From: Magnetospirillum sp. | Lineage (GTDB): Bacteria > Pseudomonadota > Alphaproteobacteria > CACIAM-22H2 | Reading direction: 5' to 3' | Assembly (NCBI GenBank): GCA_027532905.1 | Contig: JAPZUA010000001.1 | Location: forward strand, 663,950-727,949 | DNA length: 64,000 bases | In this document: piece by piece, positions 1 through 8,591 of the stretch | Position numbering within the stretch: the first letter of the stretch is position 1 | Layout of the letters: every line of letters begins with the position of its first letter | The notes under the pieces: model-generated | Told to the model about the DNA's origin: nothing | Seen by the model: only the letters and a program-made list of their open reading frames with translations | Database searches by the model: none | Program-made: the position numbers and the translations under genes

Positions 1-746
1 CGGTTGCACACCGAATACTCGCGCGATATCTCGCCAAGCGGTGCAAGGTCCCAGTCCCACGCCGCATCGGCCGGCGGCGGGGCCACGCCGAACCATGCAT
101 CCTGCCGGTCGGTCTCCACACCGTTGCGGTCGAAAAAGCGGCGCTCGGCATCGCCCACGAGGCAGACCGATCCGGCAAAACGGCGCAGATGCGCAAGATG
201 GGCCGCCACAATGCGTGCGGCATAGGCGTCGCACAGGCTTTCGCTCCAGCCGCGCTTTTCCTCGAGCCACTCGGAGGCCGCCAACGGCAGTTGCGAAACC
301 AGATTGAGCGAAACGACGAAATCGACGCTTGGATCGTCGAGCCCGAAATCCGATTGCGGCTCGGGTAGATCGCCCGCCACGAGGCCTGCACCCACACCCG
401 TGAGATCGCACACGATGTGGCGCACATTGGGATAGCGCCGGGTACGCCAGCGCGTGGTGGGTAGATGCACAATGTCCACAAGATCGACGCGCGCAAAACG
501 GCTGGCGAGATGGTCGAGCGGCAGATCGGCCAGCAGGCCCGAGCCGAACACGAGGGCCGTGCGCCGCCTGGGTGCGGCATTGGCAGCCTCGGCCACGAAA
601 TTGCGCGTGTTGGCAAGATGCGGCGCCCACAGGCGCTTGCACCGGCCGAAACGCGACCACAGCCGCACGGCCCCTGCGCGATAGCCGATGCGTTCGACCC
701 ATTTTTCCGTGCGCATGCAGCGATAGAGCAGCATTTCGGCGAGCAT
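1..746 (-). CDS. Conserved hypothetical protein with a methyltransferase-like fold (3' end runs off the window)
   Basis: Not in the ORF track. Hand translation from ATG at 746 (TGATG overlap with the hrpB stop) is open to the window edge: MLAEMLLYRC...TALVFGSGLLADLPLDHLASRFARVDLVDIVH...DFVVSLNLVSQLP...WDWDLAPLGE. GSG loop followed by an acidic strand suggests a Rossmann/SAM-like fold. Confidence 0.75.
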   Translation of the reverse strand, partial: MLAEMLLYRCMRTEKWVERIGYRAGAVRLWSRFGRCKRLWAPHLANTRNFVAEAANAAPRRRTALVFGSGLLADLPLDHLASRFARVDLVDIVHLPTTRWRTRRYPNVRHIVCDLTGVGAGLVAGDLPEPQSDFGLDDPSVDFVVSLNLVSQLPLAASEWLEEKRGWSESLCDAYAARIVAAHLAHLRRFAGSVCLVGDAERRFFDRNGVETDRQDAWFGVAPPPADAAWDWDLAPLGEISREYSVCN

Positions 747-3238
747 CACGTCCCTCGCGGCTTGGCGCGCGCGGTGGGCAGTGCTGACAACGGATCGTCG
801 GGCCAGACATGTTTGGGATATTGGCCCTTGAGGTCGCGCTTGACCTCTTTGTAGCTGCCCGCCCAAAACCCCGCGAGATCCTTGGTCACCTGCACGGGCC
901 GACGTGCGGGGCTCAGCAAATGCAGCAATACAGGCACTTTGCCGTCGGCCAGGCGCGGCGTTTCGCGGCAGCCGAACATTTCCTGGAGCCGCACGGCCAA
1001 GACCGGCTCGTCGCCTGAATAGTCGAGTGCGAGCCGGTTGCCGGTTGGCACCTGCCAATGGGTGGGGGCGTGCGCATCGAGCCGCTTGCGCAACTGCCAG
1101 TCGAGTTGCGAGAGCAATGCCTCGTGAAGATCGATGTCGGCCAAATGGCTCGCGCGCGATGCTTTGCCCAAATATGGACCGAGCCAATCGTCGAGCGTTG
1201 CCAGCAGCGCTTCGTCCGAAAGGTCGGGCCATGTCGCTTCGTCGAGGCGGCGCAAAAACGCCACGCGTCGGCGCAAAGCATGGCACGCGTCGGTCCAAGG
1301 CAGGCGTGCAAGGCCCATCGCGCGCACGCCCGCGAGCATCGCCACACGCAACTCCTCGGGTGCGAGATCGCGCGCCGGGCGTTCGTCGAGCACGATCGCA
1401 CCCAACAGCCGCCGCTCGACCGCCGCCACGGCTTCCAGACGCGGCTGCCATTCGACGACGCGTTCGACCACGATGCGAGCGGCAAACGCCGCTTCGATCT
1501 CGGCCTTGGTCGTGGGCAAGGCTGCAAAGATGCGCGCCTCGCGCGCGGCTCCGTCGAGATCGGCCGCAACGATCCAGTCTTCAGCGGCAATGCTTTCAGG
1601 GGCTGCAAACGCCGCCCCGCGTCCGTTCGACAAGAGATAGCCGGGTGCGGTTCCGCCACGGCGCTTGCCGATACGGTCGGGATAGGCAAAGGCAAGCACA
1701 AGACCGGCCGACGCTTGGCTCTCGATCGCTGCACCCAGCCCCAAGCGCTTGCGCCAAACGCGCGCGGCTTCGCGCACGCGTGCGACAGCCGCTTTGTCGA
1801 TGCTCGCACCCGTCGGCAGGCGACTGTCGACGTCGCGCGCGAGGATCTCGAGCCGCACGCGCAGATCGGCTTCGCGGCAGCCGCGCAGAATGTCGCGCTC
1901 TTCGACGAGCGCCGCCAACTCCGCCGCCAGGGCCCCCTGCCCCACACGTTTGGCTTCGATCATCATGTGCGCAAGTCTCGGATGTGCCGCAAGCTCGGCC
2001 ATCGCGCGCCCATGCGCGGTGATTTTGCCCGCCGCATCCAGTGCGCCCAATTCGACCAGCAAGGACTGCGCTTGGGCAAACGCCGCTGCGGGCGGCGGAT
2101 CGAGCAAGGCCAGCGATGCCGGATCGGCAATCCCCCACGCCGCAAGTTCGAGAGCGAGCGGTGCGAGATCGGCGGCTGCGATTTCCGGCCGGTCGTAAAG
2201 CGCAAGCTGCCGATGCTCGGCCTCGCCCCACAGGCGCCAGCATGTGCCCGGCCCCACGCGGCCCGCACGCCCGCGCCGCTGCTCGGCTGAAGCCTGGCTC
2301 ACGCGCACCGTTTCGAGGCGCGACATGCCGCTGCGCGGATCGAATCGCGGCGCGCGCTTGAAGCCGCTGTCGACGACGATGCCCACCCCGTCGATGGTCA
2401 GCGACGTTTCCGCGATCGCAGTCGCCAGCACGATCTTGCGTCGGCCTGCAATGGCGGGCTGAATCGCGCGGTCCTGCGCTTCGGCCGACAGATCGCCGTA
2501 AAGCGGCAAAATGTCGTAGCCCGACCCAAGCCCGTCGAGCCGGTCGGCGACACGGCGGATTTCGGCGACACCGGGCAGGAAGGCCAACACGTCGCCCGGA
2601 TCGCGCGCGAGTGCCTGACGCACCGTACGCGCGGTCGCGTCCGCAAGGTCGCGGATCTCCGGGCGCGGCTGCCATTCGACGGCGACCGGAAAGGCGCGGC
2701 CATCGGCGCGCACGATTTGTGCCTCGCCCATGATGCGCGCCACGCCCACGCCGTCGAGCGTGGCCGACATCACCAGGAGCCGCAGATCGGGCCGCAGATT
2801 GGCTTGCGCATCGAGGGCGAGTGCGAGGCCCATATCGCTTTCGAGGCCGCGCTCGTGGAACTCGTCGAACAGCACGATCGCCACGTCTTCGAGCGCTGGA
2901 TCGTGCTGGATGCGGCGCGCGAAAATGCCGTCGGTGACGACCTCGATGCGCGTCGAGGACCCGATGCGGCTGTCCATGCGCACGCGATAGCCGACGGTTT
3001 CGCCGACCGCTTGGCCAAGCGTATGCGCCATGCGCCTTGCGGCCGCGCGTGCGGCAATGCGGCGCGGCTCGAGCATCACGATCTTGCGGCCCGCAATCCA
3101 GGGTGCCTCGAGCAAGGCGAGCGGAACGCGCGTGGTTTTGCCGGCCCCCGGCGGGGCTTCGAGAACGACGTTGGAATGAGCGGCGAGGGCGGCCAGCAAC
3201 GGGCCCATCGCAGCATCGATGGGCAAGGATGCCGTCAC
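746..3238 (-). CDS. hrpB: ATP-dependent RNA helicase HrpB
   Basis: GAGKTT Walker A, DEFH, SAT, TAIAETSLTI, QRRGRAGR and the HrpB C-terminus DLAGFW...YPKHVWPDDP. GTG at 3238 overlaps the DUF3572 stop; alternative ATG at 3244. Confidence 0.95.
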   Translation of the reverse strand: MTASLPIDAAMGPLLAALAAHSNVVLEAPPGAGKTTRVPLALLEAPWIAGRKIVMLEPRRIAARAAARRMAHTLGQAVGETVGYRVRMDSRIGSSTRIEVVTDGIFARRIQHDPALEDVAIVLFDEFHERGLESDMGLALALDAQANLRPDLRLLVMSATLDGVGVARIMGEAQIVRADGRAFPVAVEWQPRPEIRDLADATARTVRQALARDPGDVLAFLPGVAEIRRVADRLDGLGSGYDILPLYGDLSAEAQDRAIQPAIAGRRKIVLATAIAETSLTIDGVGIVVDSGFKRAPRFDPRSGMSRLETVRVSQASAEQRRGRAGRVGPGTCWRLWGEAEHRQLALYDRPEIAAADLAPLALELAAWGIADPASLALLDPPPAAAFAQAQSLLVELGALDAAGKITAHGRAMAELAAHPRLAHMMIEAKRVGQGALAAELAALVEERDILRGCREADLRVRLEILARDVDSRLPTGASIDKAAVARVREAARVWRKRLGLGAAIESQASAGLVLAFAYPDRIGKRRGGTAPGYLLSNGRGAAFAAPESIAAEDWIVAADLDGAAREARIFAALPTTKAEIEAAFAARIVVERVVEWQPRLEAVAAVERRLLGAIVLDERPARDLAPEELRVAMLAGVRAMGLARLPWTDACHALRRRVAFLRRLDEATWPDLSDEALLATLDDWLGPYLGKASRASHLADIDLHEALLSQLDWQLRKRLDAHAPTHWQVPTGNRLALDYSGDEPVLAVRLQEMFGCRETPRLADGKVPVLLHLLSPARRPVQVTKDLAGFWAGSYKEVKRDLKGQYPKHVWPDDPLSALPTARAKPRGT

Positions 3239-3528
3239 TCCCATAACGGGGCTCCGGGCAATTGGCGGCGCACGCGCGCCACCGCCTCCGGCTTCAGCCC
3301 GGCCGCTTGCGCAAAAGCCACGAGCAAGGCTTCGTTTTCGAGCACGAAATCGAGCACACCGCCCAAGAAGGCGGGCTCGGAAGCGCGCGCGCGCAATTCG
3401 TCGACCGACAGCCCCGCAAGCCCCATGAAGCGCGCAAGATGGTCCTCCTCGCTTGCAAGCCAGGCGAGCGCTTGCAGGGCGATGGTCTCGGCGTTCTCGG
3501 CCGCTGGATTGGACTGGCGAATCGGCAT
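3235..3528 (-). CDS. DUF3572 family protein
   Basis: AETIALQALAWLA...RFMGLAGL...FLGGVLDFVLENEALL, typical of this small alphaproteobacterial family. Confidence 0.85.
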   Translation of the reverse strand: MPIRQSNPAAENAETIALQALAWLASEEDHLARFMGLAGLSVDELRARASEPAFLGGVLDFVLENEALLVAFAQAAGLKPEAVARVRRQLPGAPLWE

Positions 3529-3535
3529 GGCGCGA

Positions 3536-4369
3536 CTATAGCGCCACAAACAGCCGATACGCACTTTGGCCGCGCGCATAAAGCCGTTCGAGCGCCAAAC
3601 CGCCGCGATGCGAGGCAAGGACGGCGCGCAGACCCGCGTGCGGTGCCAGGGCGCAAGCGGCCGTATTGAGCAAGCTCAAGGCAGCGCGCTGCCAGGTACG
3701 GCGCTGGCGGATGCGGGCCGTGAGATCGACATCGCGCGCGACCCGCAACCCCGCTTGCGCGAACGCCGCCAGCCAAGTTGCGTGCGGCACGAAGCTCGGC
3801 ACCTGCCAGCCCGCCCTGAACAAGGCCGCATCGCCTGCATCGGCCGCCGGATCGGCAACATCGTCCACGACCACCAGCCGACCGCCGGGGGCAAGGCTCT
3901 TGGCGAGATTGGCGATGCTGGCGGCAAGATCGGGCGCGTGCGCGAGCGATTCGATCGCGACGATCGCGTCGAACGCGTGCGGCGGCAGAGGGCCGTCGAA
4001 ACTTGCGACTTGGAAGCGGCAGCGTTCCTCGAGCCCGGCTTTGCGCGCATTGTCGCTTGCCGTCTGTACTTGGCTCGCCGACACGGCAATGCCGTCGCAC
4101 TGCGCGCCGCGTCGGTGCGCGAAATAGAGGCTCGTCCCGCCCAGACCGCAGCCCGCATCGAGCAGGCGGTGCAACGCGGCGGGGCCGAGTTCGGCATCGA
4201 TCAGGCCATGCACGACCTCGAACGGAGACTCGCCAGTTTTGGTCGGGCGCAAGGCGCGATGCACGGTGGCGGCGCCATAGCCCGCATCCGACCCAAGCCA
4301 GCGCGCCAAGCGTGCATAGAGGGTCAGGCGGTCGTAATAGCGGTCGAGCGAAAGGTTGGGGCTGGACAT
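3536..4369 (-). CDS. Class I SAM-dependent methyltransferase (sterol/tocopherol/CFA-synthase-like)
   Basis: N-terminal YYD...HR, motif I LLDAGCGLGG, FDAIVAIESLAH, LAPGGRLVVVD. Confidence 0.85.
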   Translation of the reverse strand: MSSPNLSLDRYYDRLTLYARLARWLGSDAGYGAATVHRALRPTKTGESPFEVVHGLIDAELGPAALHRLLDAGCGLGGTSLYFAHRRGAQCDGIAVSASQVQTASDNARKAGLEERCRFQVASFDGPLPPHAFDAIVAIESLAHAPDLAASIANLAKSLAPGGRLVVVDDVADPAADAGDAALFRAGWQVPSFVPHATWLAAFAQAGLRVARDVDLTARIRQRRTWQRAALSLLNTAACALAPHAGLRAVLASHRGGLALERLYARGQSAYRLFVAL

Positions 4370-4398
4370 TCTGGGATTCCGTCGCATCTATATGCCTT

Positions 4399-4596
4399 AT
4401 GCCCCGTTTTCGCTCCACCTTCGCGTTCGTCGCGATCCTCGTATTCCTGGCCGTCTATATCTGGCTTGCGGCCACGCTCGGCGACTGGCTGCCGGACCAT
4501 TGGGCGATCGATCTGGCGTTCTATCTGGTCGCTGGGATCGCCTGGGTTCCGGTTGCAGGCCGCATCTTGCAGTGGGGGGCACGCAGCCCTTCGTGA
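4399..4596 (+). CDS. DUF2842-like small membrane protein
   Basis: 65 aa with two hydrophobic helices: FLAVYIWLAATLGD...FYLVAGIAWVP. Confidence 0.75.
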   Translation: MPRFRSTFAFVAILVFLAVYIWLAATLGDWLPDHWAIDLAFYLVAGIAWVPVAGRILQWGARSPS

Positions 4597-4610
4597 TAGC
4601 CTCCATTCCC

Positions 4611-5465
4611 ATGCTTGCCACGCCCGCCATTCGCCCTGCTCCGCGCCCGCTCGATGCCGATGCCGCCTGGCAGCTGGTGCTGGCGCTGAACAAGGCTGCC
4701 GACGGTGACGTCGGGCGCGCCGGCCCCCTCGCGATGGCCGAAGACGGCGGTTGGCAATGTGCCGGCCCCTTCACGCCGGCCGCACAAAGCATTTTCGACA
4801 TCTATGTGCCGCTCTTGGCCGCCCGTGTGCGCACCGCGCGCACCCAGGTCGTGGCACTGCTCGGCCAAAGCCTCGACGGGCGCATCGCGACTTTGTCCGG
4901 CCATTCGCACTATGTGAACTGCGATGCGGCCCTCTTGCATCTGCACCGCATGCGCGCCCTCGCCGATGCAGTGATCGTGGGCGCGGGCACGGTCGCCCTC
5001 GACGATCCGCAACTCACCGTGCGCCGCTGTGCAGGGCAGACGCGCTTGCGCGTCGTCGTCGATCCGGATGGACGTGCGCCGGCCGCGCGCCGCATCTTTG
5101 CGAACCCAACGCCGCCGACGCTGCTGGCACGCTGCGGTCCCGGCCCCGTCTGCGGCAGGGCCGAAACGCTTGAGCTGCCGCGCGTCGCCGAGGGCGTGGA
5201 TATCGACGCGCTGCTGGCGGCATTGTACGCACGCGGCGTGCGCCTTGCCTTGGTCGAAGGCGGCGGCAAGACGGTTTCGCAATTCATGGCTGCCGGCCGC
5301 GTCGATCGGCTGCAGCTTGCCATCGCGCCGCTCGTGATCGGCTCGGGGCGGCCGTCGATCCAACTGCCGCCGATCGAGCGGCTCGACGACGCGCTGCGCC
5401 CGCCCACACGGCGCTTTTCTCTGGGCGAGGACACGCTGTTCGAGTGCCAACTGCGCGATGGCTGA
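4611..5465 (+). CDS. RibD C-terminal (pyrimidine reductase) domain protein, no deaminase domain
   Basis: GQSLDGRIAT, HRMRALADAVIVGAGTVALDDPQLTVR, LVEGGG, APLVIGSG. No HAE/PCxxC Zn-deaminase motifs. Alternative GTG start at 4593. Confidence 0.85.
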   Translation: MLATPAIRPAPRPLDADAAWQLVLALNKAADGDVGRAGPLAMAEDGGWQCAGPFTPAAQSIFDIYVPLLAARVRTARTQVVALLGQSLDGRIATLSGHSHYVNCDAALLHLHRMRALADAVIVGAGTVALDDPQLTVRRCAGQTRLRVVVDPDGRAPAARRIFANPTPPTLLARCGPGPVCGRAETLELPRVAEGVDIDALLAALYARGVRLALVEGGGKTVSQFMAAGRVDRLQLAIAPLVIGSGRPSIQLPPIERLDDALRPPTRRFSLGEDTLFECQLRDG

Positions 5466-6420
5466 GGCCGCCGCTTTGTGGGTAACAGGCCCCGGCGAGT
5501 GCGAAATACGCCGCACGACGCTGCCATCCCTCGCGCCCGGCCATGTGCGCGTGCGCGCAAAATTCAGCGGCATCAGCCGCGGCACGGAACGGCTCGTGTT
5601 CGAAGGTCGCGTGCCGCCTTCTGAATATGCGCGCATGCGCGCACCCTTCCAGGACGGCGATCTGCCGGGGGCCGTGAAATACGGCTACTGTATGGTCGGC
5701 ACGATCGAAGCGGGCAATTCTTCGCGCATCGGCGAAAACGTCTTTGTGCTGCATCCGCATCAAGATGTCTTCGACGTGCCTGCCGATGCCGTCTTGCCGC
5801 TTCCTGCAAACCTGAAGCTGCAGGCGGCGCCTCTCGCCGCCCATCTCGAGACCGCCCTCAACGCGCTGTGGGACTATCCCGCGCGCATCGGCGACCGTGT
5901 CGCGATCGTGGGCCTCGGCGCCGTCGGGCTTTGCCTTGCAAAGCTGCTCGCACCCACGCCCGGCATCGAACTTTACGGCCTCGATCCGTCGGAGGCCGCA
6001 CGCGCGCGTGGTGGGCTCCAAGACGATTGCCCCGGCGGATGCCATCTGGTGTTCCATTGTTCGGGCAGCGAGGCGGGACTTGCGCAAGCGATCGAGCTCG
6101 CGGGCTTCGAAGCGACGATCGTCGAAATGTCGTGGTACGGCGAAGCCGCACCGCGCGTGCCGCTCGGCGGCGCCTTTCATTCGCAGCGCCTGACGCTGGC
6201 AGCAAGCCAAGTCGGCAGTATCGCGACCGCGCGCCGCGCGCATTATCGCTACGGCACGCGTTTGGCGCTCGCATTGCGCCTGCTGGCCGAACCTGCGTTC
6301 CAACTCGATCTGGGCACAGCCACGCGCTTTGCCGATCTCCCCGCAAATTATGCGCGGCTGCTTTCCGCACCCAATGCCTCGCCCTTGCCGCTCGTCGCTT
6401 ATGGAGATGTCGATGTATAG
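5458..6420 (+). CDS. MDR-superfamily (zinc-binding alcohol dehydrogenase-like) oxidoreductase
   Basis: GroES-like N-domain SGISRGTE...VKYGY, NAD-binding GLGAVG, SWYG, LGGAFHSQRL. Overlaps both neighbours. Confidence 0.85.
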   Translation: MAEAAALWVTGPGECEIRRTTLPSLAPGHVRVRAKFSGISRGTERLVFEGRVPPSEYARMRAPFQDGDLPGAVKYGYCMVGTIEAGNSSRIGENVFVLHPHQDVFDVPADAVLPLPANLKLQAAPLAAHLETALNALWDYPARIGDRVAIVGLGAVGLCLAKLLAPTPGIELYGLDPSEAARARGGLQDDCPGGCHLVFHCSGSEAGLAQAIELAGFEATIVEMSWYGEAAPRVPLGGAFHSQRLTLAASQVGSIATARRAHYRYGTRLALALRLLAEPAFQLDLGTATRFADLPANYARLLSAPNASPLPLVAYGDVDV

Positions 6421-6817
6421 CCTCACCGTCCAAGACCACATCATGATCGCGCATTCTTTCAAGGGCGAGATTTTCGGGCCTGCCCAGCGCGTGCACGGGG
6501 CGACCTTCGTGGTCGAGTGGGAATTGCGCCGCGCGACCCTCGACCGCTACGGCCTCATCGCCGATATCGGCCTCATGCGCCAATTGCTGCGCGCCGCCCT
6601 CGACGATCTCGACTACCGCAATCTCGACGACGTCGAACCGCTCAAAGACACGAACACCACGACCGAGTTTCTGGCGGGCCTCGTCTTCGAACTTCTCAAA
6701 GGCAAGATCGCGGCCGACGCACTCGGCCCCCAGACGGCCGGTTTGTTTCCGAGCATGAAGATCACGTTGCGCGAATCGCCGGTTGCGTGGGCAGCCTACG
6801 AGGCCAGCCTGTCTTGA
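6413..6817 (+). CDS. 6-pyruvoyl/6-carboxy-tetrahydropterin synthase family T-fold protein, PTPS-IV-type paralog
   Basis: DHIMIAHSF, FGPAQRVHGATF, LDYRNLD, NTTTEFLA, LRESPVAWA. Lacks the CxxxHGH motif of QueD. Confidence 0.88.
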   Translation: MYSLTVQDHIMIAHSFKGEIFGPAQRVHGATFVVEWELRRATLDRYGLIADIGLMRQLLRAALDDLDYRNLDDVEPLKDTNTTTEFLAGLVFELLKGKIAADALGPQTAGLFPSMKITLRESPVAWAAYEASLS

Positions 6818-7827
6818 GCGTAAGCCTGCGTTTGGCCATCCCCGGGCCGCTCGACCAAGCGACCGGCGGCTATCGCTACGCAGCCGCCATGGTTGCGGCG
6901 TGGCGTAAACAAGGCCATCGCGTCGCGGTCGAAGAACTTGCCGGTACCTATCCCGTATGCGACGACGCCGCGCGCAAAGCCGCGAAGGCCTGCATCGCGC
7001 GCGCGCGCGGCGACGAAACGCTGCTGATCGACGGGCTTGCTTTGCCGGCGTTCGACGGACTCGCCTTGTCCAAGCGCACGGTTGCCCTCATCCACCACCC
7101 GCTCGGCCTCGAAACGGGATTGGAACCGACTGTCGCGCGCGCCTGGCTCGCAGCCGAGACAACGCGTCTTGCGAAGATTGCTGCGGTCGTCGCCACGAGT
7201 GCGGCCACACGCCGCGATCTGGTCACGATGGGCGTGGACGGCGCCAAGATCGCGGTCGTGGAGCCAGGTACGGCGACCGCACGCACAAAGCTTGCGCGGC
7301 GCGGCAAACCAACCGTGCTGTGCGTCGCCACACTCACGCCGCGCAAAGACCATGTGGCCTTGCTGCGCGCTCTGGCCCACGTGCGCGACATCGCATGGCG
7401 CGCGGATTTTGTCGGCGCCACCGACCGCGACCCGGCCTGTGCCGCGCGCGTGCGCAGCGAAATCGCGCGCCTGCGCTTGGGCCACCGCGTGCGGCTTGCG
7501 GGCACGCGCAGTGCCAACGCACTCGGCCGCCATTACGCATCGGCGCATCTGTTTGCCCTCGCCTCGCGCCACGAAGGCTACGGCATGGCGTTCGCCGAAG
7601 CGCTAGCACATCGCCTGCCCGTCGTTGGCCTCGCAGCAGGAGCGGTACCCAGCGTCGTGCCCGCGCGCGCAGGCATTCTCGCACCACCGGGCCAAGTTGC
7701 ACTCCTCGGCCGCGCCTTGCGCCGCTTGCTGGGGCCGCAGCGTCGGCGCTATGCGCGCAATGCCACCACTTTGCATTTTCCCGAGTGGCCGCAACAGGCC
7801 GCACGTCTATGGGCGTGCCTACGATGA
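6814..7827 (+). CDS. Glycosyltransferase family 4 (GT-B)
   Basis: PGPLDQATGGYRY, IDGLA, LIHHPL, VATLTPRKDH, SRHEGYGMAFAEALAHRLPVV. TTG start overlaps the upstream stop. Confidence 0.88.
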   Translation: MSVSLRLAIPGPLDQATGGYRYAAAMVAAWRKQGHRVAVEELAGTYPVCDDAARKAAKACIARARGDETLLIDGLALPAFDGLALSKRTVALIHHPLGLETGLEPTVARAWLAAETTRLAKIAAVVATSAATRRDLVTMGVDGAKIAVVEPGTATARTKLARRGKPTVLCVATLTPRKDHVALLRALAHVRDIAWRADFVGATDRDPACAARVRSEIARLRLGHRVRLAGTRSANALGRHYASAHLFALASRHEGYGMAFAEALAHRLPVVGLAAGAVPSVVPARAGILAPPGQVALLGRALRRLLGPQRRRYARNATTLHFPEWPQQAARLWACLR

Positions 7828-8591
7828 GCGATTTCTCCGCCGATTGGCTCGCTCTTCGCGCGCCCGCCGATGCTGCCGCGCGCAGCCGAAAACTCGCGCG
7901 CGCGTTTGCAAAAGCGCTCAGGCGCCGCGCATGCGTCGCCGATCTGGGATCGGGTACCGGAGCCATGATGCGCTGGCTTGGCCCGCTGCTGCCGCCGCAC
8001 GCACGCTGGCGCTTGGTCGAAGGCGATGCACGCTTGCTCGCCCAAGCCCCAGTGCGCGCGCAGAAAATCCGCCGCAGCCTTGGCGCAAAATTGCCGCACG
8101 CTGACGCCTACGTGTCGAGCGCCCTGATCGATCTTGTCGGCGCCGCATGGCTGCACAAACTGCTGCGCGCCGCGCGCGGCAAACCCTTGCTGATGGGCCT
8201 CGCCGTCGACGGGCGCCACGAACTTGCCCCAAAGCATCGCGACGATGCGGCCCTGTTCGCAGGCTTTGCGCGCCACCAGTGCCGCTTCAAAGGCCTCGGC
8301 CCGGCACTCGGCGGTGCGGCACCTGCAGCGCTGGCACAGCTTGCGGCTCGTGCGGGCTATCGCGTCGAACTTGCGGCGAGCGACTGGCAGCTGCCGAGCG
8401 GGAAGCTGCTCGAAGCCACACTCGACGGCATTGCGGCGGCTGCCTGCGAAGCCGATCCGTCGCTCGACCTAAAGGATTGGCGGCGCGTGCGCGCACGCCA
8501 ATTGGCGGCGGGCCAACTCACGCTGAAGGTTGGCCACCGCGATCTGTTTGCCGTTCGGCATAGACGTCGCCCGATTTGTCGTCCGGGCTGA
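7824..8591 (+). CDS. Class I SAM-dependent methyltransferase
   Basis: FSADWLALRAPADAAAR, DLGSGTG, SALIDLV, FARHQ, SDWQL, VGHRDL. ATGA overlap with the GT4 gene. Confidence 0.85.
   Translation: MSDFSADWLALRAPADAAARSRKLARAFAKALRRRACVADLGSGTGAMMRWLGPLLPPHARWRLVEGDARLLAQAPVRAQKIRRSLGAKLPHADAYVSSALIDLVGAAWLHKLLRAARGKPLLMGLAVDGRHELAPKHRDDAALFAGFARHQCRFKGLGPALGGAAPAALAQLAARAGYRVELAASDWQLPSGKLLEATLDGIAAAACEADPSLDLKDWRRVRARQLAAGQLTLKVGHRDLFAVRHRRRPICRPG

Noticed and set aside
4611..6817. Riboflavin or queuosine/7-deazaguanine biosynthesis operon
   Set aside because: No deaminase domain, ribA/E/H, folE, queC/E or dpdA genes, and the PTPS paralog lacks the QueD motif.
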